This document shows, one piece after another, positions 57,534 through 64,000 of a stretch of 64,000 bases of DNA. Where the stretch lies: positions 68,696,001-68,760,000 of the forward strand of contig NC_042997.1 in assembly GCF_006345805.1 (NCBI RefSeq). Direction: 5' to 3'. The notes under the pieces were generated by a model. The model was not told the origin of the DNA and made no database searches. It worked only from the letters and a program-made list of their open reading frames with translations. Numbering within the stretch: the first letter of the stretch is position 1; every line of letters begins with the position of its first letter. This DNA is from Octopus sinensis (lineage: Eukaryota). The translations under genes were made by a program, and so were the position numbers.

Positions 57534-58088
57534 CCATTCTGTGGGACTTTCCAGTACATACAGACCGAACCATCAAGGCCAATAAACCAGATATTGTTGT
57601 GAAAGACCAAAACAATAAAGTTTGCTTATTGATCGACATGAGCATCCCCTGTGATCATAATATCTCAGCGAAAGAGTTTGATAAGCTCAGAAAATATAAA
57701 GACCTACTCATTGAAATTGAGAAAATGTGGCATCTCAAGGCGGTTACAATACCAGTGATCGTAGGAGCACTAGGAATGATCAAGAAATGAACCAAAAATT
57801 ATATGAGAATGATCCCTGGCTTACCATCCCTGCAAGAAGTGCAAAAGATTGTCTTAACTGGTACATCACACGTATTGAGAAGAGCATTGTCGATGTGAGA
57901 ACTGTTGCTGCTCATGTATTTTAATTTAACTTAAAAAAAAATTTTTTTTTTAATTTAAAGAAAATGATGAACGAACTATTGAGTTTGGTTTAATGGCCTA
58001 CCAATGTATACTATGAGTTTCTTTGCACTAGGAGTCGGGAAGACACTCGGCAAGAAATGGAAGCAAATTTGAAAGAAGAAAAAAAAAG
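57534..58088 (+). mobile_element. Second R4/Dong-like 3' fragment (different subfamily), one internal stop
   Basis: ILWDFPVHTDRTIKANKPDIVVKD...IDMSIP...KYKDL...IVGALGMIKK*...VQKIVLTGTSHVLRRALSM*; (TAA)n on both sides. Confidence 0.85.
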
Positions 58089-58120
58089 TAATAATAATAA
58101 TAATAATGATAATAATAATA

Positions 58121-58166
<46 letters not shown>

Positions 58167-58167
<1 letters not shown>

Positions 58168-60802
58168 TTAATCAATTCTTTTATTGGCCACAAGGGCTGG
58201 TAAAAATTGATTATAACATAAAGGGACAAAACACAGGATGAAAGTTACAAAGGGTATTTTTCCGTTTGTAAAAATCAGTGTAAAAAACTGTAACAACGAA
58301 AATATTTAACAATGAAAAACTTCCAATAGGGGGAGGCACTTCGAAAGGTTACTCGTGGAAAAAACCATAAAAGCCACGGGAGCCTGGGTCAAAGAGGAAA
58401 GAGTCTGACCTTAGCCCTTTCAAACGGGTCCACCATACCACCACTTTCGCTACAGCCACTAGGCAAAGGAAAACTGCCTTGCCCTCCCGGTTAAAGGAGG
58501 TCGGCGGGGCAATCTTCACTATGGATTCAGCTGATAGCCGGATCCGTCTTATACGCAACAGTATCTGTTCGACATAACCCATAGTTCAGCAATACTCGGA
58601 CACTGGACGTGTGCGTGCAGAACGGTTTCGTCGTCATGGCAGCACCTCGGCCAGGTCCGGCTGACGACACTTCCGTGCCGGTAGAGTTTATCCCGAACAG
58701 ACAGTGCCCCTCGGTAGCACTGCCAGGCGAGCGACCTCTGGAAATTATCCATTGGCGCCGGTCCGAAAGTCCTCAAATCGATATCGCTAACGCCTAGATT
58801 TTTCCCCGAGAACGTCGACGCACTTTTCTTTCTCTAACTCTCTATAGAATGCTAGAGTGGAACCACTACCGATCGCATTGCCCGCTTGGCGTAGGGCGGA
58901 GAGAGCTTGACGGCACTCGAGGTGCTAAGCGCCCTTTCTCGGTCTGCGTTTGGTCCAGGATTGCAGCTCTGTCAAAGAGACGAGCTATGGAATGTCGCGT
59001 CTGACAAAAGACGACCACACCTGTTCGTCTAGGAAACGCTTGAGATGCCGTAGCCTGAGCTCATGTCTGCGCATCAGTAACCACGGCATGCCAAGGCCTC
59101 CGTTCAGCGGTCGTTGACAGCAGATGGATCGCCTGACCAGTGGTACCTGGCCTTTCCACAAAAAGTTGAAGAGCAAGCGCACCAGCTTGGCCAACCAGCG
59201 GTTGGGACAAGGGGCGAAGGTCAATCGGTAATAGATGACGGATGCGATGTACGCATTCGCCATCTCTGCTCGACCTTTCAGGGAGAGCTTCCTCTCGGCC
59301 CATTTCTGGGTGAGATTGGCCACCCCGCTCGTCACTTCTTCCCAGTTTTTATCCACCTGGAGGTCCGTACCAAACCAGACCCCGAGCAGTTTAACGGGTC
59401 CGTCTGTCAAGCGCCCTACGAAGCTGTTGGACGGCATGGACTTGCCTCTCCAGGTGCCCAGTTGCAAACCCACGGACTTTTCCGCGTTAATTGTTGCCCC
59501 TGTCACCGCTTCGTACTCGTTTAACGTCTCGCCGATCAGGTCAATGTGCCTGTGGCTCGACACCATCACGGTGACGTCGTCTGCATAGGTAGACACGCTG
59601 TTTCCACCTCCTAGATCGCGCGGGATACCCCTCAAAACCTCAAACTTGCGCAGTAATGGCCCGAGAGTCAATACGTACAAGAAGGAGGAGAGAGGGCATC
59701 CTTGGCGGACCGAACACGAGATGTCAAACGGCTCCGAAAGGTGACCGTTCACCCGTATCACCGAGCAGATGTTGCTGTATAAAGCAGCGATCCACCCGCG
59801 GAAGACTGGTCCGAAACTGGCTGCCTTGGGAACAGCTGCTAGTATCGATAGTCGACCCTATCGAGGGCTTTACTCTCATCTAAATTGTTCAAAGCCCCAG
59901 CCGCACCAGCGTCGTTAACCACCCTCTCTATGATGTAGCGCATGAGATAGAGATTATTGTGTATCGACATGGTCGGCACGGCGCATGTCTGCGCCTCGCC
60001 AATCAGCTTGTCCACGACAAGAGCCAATCTCTTGGCTAGTACCTTGGCAAAAATCTTCAACTCTGCATTGAGCAGAGTGATGGGCCTAAAGTTCCCTATA
60101 ACGTCCCCCTTGTTTAGGTCCTTTGTCAGCAAAGCCACCACTCCTCGACAAACAAAAGCAGAAATTCTCCCGTTTTGCTGCCAGTTGCAGTAGACGTTTG
60201 CCAAGAGGCCCGCAGACAAGTCTGGCATTGAAATGTAAAGCTCGTAGGGCAGACCATCCAAACCCGGCGATCTACCTCTCGTGCAGCTTTTCATCGCTTC
60301 TTCCACTTCCCAGGCAGATATCGGCTTTCCGCAGCACTCTGGCTCGCTATCTGAGAGTTGCGGTAGGCCGTCCAGGTACACACCAAAGTCTGTACCGTTG
60401 TCCGTCCCACCGTTCGTCCCAAACAGTTGAGCAAAGGGCCGCTGAAACACATCACACATCTGCTTCGGTTCGGAAACCTCGCGCAATTTCTGGTCCACCA
60501 AAGACCGAATGCCACGCTTCGCCCCCGCCACGCGGGCCCATCGAGCGGTCTTAGTCGCCTCCCCGCTTAGCAAACGCGCCTTAGCTCTGACAACGCAGCC
60601 TTCGTGTTTGGCGTCAAAGTGTTGGTCGAGGGCCAACCTAGCCGCCAACACGTCGGTTTTGATGTCTGTCTCAAGAGCCTCTTCTAGTTTTCTAACTAAA
60701 TCCCGCTCTCTTTTCCTACGTTCTACAGCTAGAGCCTTACTAAACCTAATCGACTCTGCTCTAATTGCTATCTTGAGAGCAAACCAACAGTTGTTGTTGA
60801 CG
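58167..60802 (-). mobile_element. 5'-truncated L1/Tx1-clade LINE ORF2 (RT + C-terminal zinc finger), frameshifted
   Basis: SPGLDGLPYELY, FRPITLLNAELKIFAKVLA, SKALDRV, VRQGCPLS, YADD and C-terminal PRCC..DETVLHA.VQC. Apparent 1-nt deletion near 59840 and a further frameshift near 58985. (TAA)n on both flanks. Confidence 0.92.
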
Positions 60803-60852
60803 TAATAATAATAATAATAATAATGATAATAATAATAATAATAATAATGATA

Positions 60853-60930
<78 letters not shown>

Positions 60931-60932
<2 letters not shown>

Positions 60933-61194
60933 GCAGAATGGCAGAAATTCAAAAGATAGTGCTCATGGGAACTGCTCATATCCTACGCAAAATACTTTCT
61001 TTGTAATCTCAAGTTTTAAAACAAACATAATTTTCGTATGTTTTTTTAGACATCCACTAGTACAACACTAAGTACAAAACCAAATATATGGCACCCTAGG
61101 CATAACACCAACATGAACTTCCAACTTGTTGTCTCTTGAGGTCTCTGGGTGAGACTTGTTGCCAGCTTGTGCATATGTAAAGCAAAAGTAAAAA

Positions 61195-61196
<2 letters not shown>
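60931..61196 (+). mobile_element. Very short R4/Dong-like 3' fragment
   Basis: MAEIQKIVLMGTAHILRKILSL* plus 3' UTR between two (TAA)n tracts. Confidence 0.8.
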
Positions 61197-61258
<62 letters not shown>

Positions 61259-61349
61259 TAGAAGAAGAAGTAGAAGAAGAAGAAGAAGAAGAAGAAGAAG
61301 AAGAAGAAGAAGAAGAAGAAGAAGAAGAAAAAAAGGTGAAGTAGAACAA

Positions 61350-61690
61350 GAATGAGGATCGCAAAATCCTGTGGGATGCAATGATTCAGTGTGATCATCA
61401 GATTAGACATCGGAAACCTGACATTGTTGTGGTGAACAGAAAAGGAAAAGCATGCTTCGTAATCGACACACCATATTCTAGTGACAACAAAATCGAAAAA
61501 AGAATGAAAAAGCAAACAACTATTATGATTTGAAGTGTGCAATGAAGAGAGTGGACGTGACACCACTAGTGATTGGCGCGCTAACGTAGTTCAAAAAGAT
61601 TGGTACAAATGTAAGGATAGAACAACCACAAAAATCATCATTGTTTGAACTGCGAAAGTTTTGTGCAGGGTTCTTGAAGAATGGTGAATA
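61350..61690 (+). mobile_element. Decayed R4/Dong-like RLE fragment
   Basis: KILWDAMIQCDHQIRHRKPDIVVVNRKGKACFVID followed by frameshifts; follows a (TAA)n-(GAA)n tract. Confidence 0.7.
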
Positions 61691-61770
61691 AATAAGTGTC
61701 ACCTTTGTCTACTGGCTGTCAACAGATGACAATTTCCATCATATCCAGCTTGCTGAGAGTTTTCATGAAA

Positions 61771-61894
<124 letters not shown>

Positions 61895-63085
61895 TAACAA
61901 AGATACAAATCCAATAATTTTGAGTGTCGTCTAATTGATTAATCGATCACCATACATGACGGGTATTTTATATTATAGAAACTAAGATGACTTTGTAGGA
62001 TTAAAGCTCATGACGTAAGGAGCTGGAACATAAAATATACAATTCGACGGCTGTCAATGTTTCAGACAAGGAAACATAATTTTGAGTGAGCATATCTGCT
62101 GGTAAGAGTGGAATTCTGAGTATATTTGCATCTCTTTCGGTATATCCTATACGAGTATTATTTTTATACACTTTTTAACAACCATCTTGTGGCATGGTAT
62201 AGTTGCACTGATTTAAACTACACAGTAGGGTTATTTGTTAAACTTTGTGTGGCAGCAAACACACAGAATACAACGAATTTAAATATTTTGCTGGATTGTA
62301 AACTATTTCTTTAAGAACTATAGAGTCTATTTACTTTTAGCGTTGTACTATTTTCTCGAAGTGGCTGTAAAGGCTACCAATTTTTGCAGTTTCTCAGACA
62401 CTACTTTTTGTATAGCTACTTGCAGGTTAATTGATAATATTACAGCTTAATTAAGCATTTCGATGTATAAAATATCTCCTGTCTTCACGCCAGCACTTGT
62501 TTGGGTTGGATCTTTCGTGTCATTACTCTCAGATAAAAGTTTTCCCTCTCTAGCTCATACATGTTTGTCAAAACAGAATGACGGTCATTTTTGTAGATAG
62601 TTTTCTTATATTTGATCGAAAGTAATGATAATTTAATGCAACTGCTAATTTCAACGACTTTTGTTCTATTTGGGATTATTAGCAGTGCATGACATTGCCA
62701 TTTCTTACCATCCGATTTTAGATCATTTGTCATGCAAGTCCCGTAATATCCTATCTAATACGCTTTAATTAATTTTGGGCTGTAGAGGATTCCAAGCCGA
62801 ATCTCTAGGCAGCCGAGTAAATATCACGGCGAAGCCACAGTAGTTTCTCTTAATCGACCGATTAAGCGACCTATTAGCGTTAAGCATGATTTGTTTTTCT
62901 AGACCTGATAATGTGGAAGCTTATTCTCCCACTTACCTCTCTTCTATTACCCCTGAGTTGAAGTTAGAATTCAGACTTTATCTGATAAACTCGAACAGTT
63001 GCAATTCTCAATATATTCAACCCGCTAGAATTCTCGTGGCCAAGGGAATTTCTAGGAAGTGTAGAAAGGCCTACAATGTTTTGTT

Positions 63086-63462
63086 AGGTGGAGGCGCAAT
63101 GGCCCAGTGGTTAGGGCAGCGGACTCGCGGTCATAGGATCGCGGTTTCGATTCCCAGACCGGGCGTTGTGAGTGTTTATTGAGCGAAAACACCTAAAGCT
63201 CCACGAGTCTCCGGCAGGGGATGGTGGTGATCCTTGCTGTACTCTTTCACCACAACTTTCTCTCACTCTTACTTCCTGTTTCTGATGTACCTGTATTTCA
63301 AAGGACCGGCCTTGTCACGCTGAATATCCCCGAGAACTACGTTAAGGGTACACGTGTCTGTGGAGTGCTCAGCCACTTACACGTTAATTTCACGAGCAGG
63401 CTGTTCCGTTGATTCGGATCAACCGGAACCCTCGTCGTCGTAACCGACGGAGTGCTTCCCCC
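63086..63462 (+). mobile_element. Full-length tRNA-derived SINE with 13-bp target-site duplication
   Basis: Head GGAGGCGCAATGGCCCAGTGGTTAGGGCAGCGGACTCG...GGTTTCGATTCCC; ACAATGTTTTGTT at 63073-63085 and 63463-63475. Confidence 0.92.
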
Positions 63463-64000
63463 ACAATGTTTTGTTGGTATCATAATCGTTTTTCGGTTAA
63501 TGTCCACAACTTTATTCAACCGTATCCTTTCAAATCATCTGTCCAACGGCAGGAAAGAGCCGTCGCCAGGGATTAAGTGCAAGTACATCGCTGGGGGCGG
63601 GGAGGGGGTTCTTTCGATATGTCACATATTCCAGCCTATGACACGATTTCAAAACATCGATTCCTATCTGATACACGAGAAGCTTGCAACATTAGGCCCG
63701 TGAAATTCTTAAGCGATTTGTGGAAACCATCATCTATTATATTACAAGCTATTAAGCGTTATCTTACTTCTACTTTCGGTGAAAAATCTGACATTGGGTC
63801 TTAATTTGAGGCGTCAGTTCAAATGGTTCTTTATAATTGCCAAACTTCCGTATCCTAACCTTGGTACCGACTTTCTGCATCATTTTGATCTTCTTGTAGA
63901 TTTGAAATAAAGGCGAATGATAAATTCAGAAATGGAATTTTCTACGTAGAGGTAGTAAGCTAAGTCTCTCGGCAGTTTGACCTACGAAAAGCTCTTGGTT

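Overview
AT-rich, microsatellite-saturated animal genomic DNA. The repeat landscape suggests a coleoid cephalopod, probably Octopus (inference). The window lies inside one large plus-strand gene for a Cys-loop acetylcholine receptor alpha subunit. Three coding exons splice in frame: 31385-31578, 45697-45806 and 46691-47145. They encode the whole ligand-binding domain, M1 and an M1-M2 linker (PPESPAKM) of the anion-selective type. A candidate 6-nt microexon lies at 1429-1434. The signal-peptide exon and the M2-M4 exons were not found and are presumably outside the window. The introns contain tRNA-derived SINEs, mariner and maT remnants, non-autonomous Helitrons, and CRE, RTE, R4/Dong, Tx1 and Penelope-like retroelement fragments. 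They also contain an unusual density of inverted repeats and palindromes. Two hammerhead ribozyme motifs stand out. One (28945-28997, sense strand) is embedded in a perfect 64-bp-arm palindrome. The other (34980-35029, antisense) sits in a 324-nt retrozyme-like repeat unit. From about 52.8 to 61.7 kb, retroelements are stacked in (TAA)n tracts. Most ORFs in the supplied track are microsatellite artefacts. All alignments and folds were done by eye, and family names are motif-based rather than database hits.
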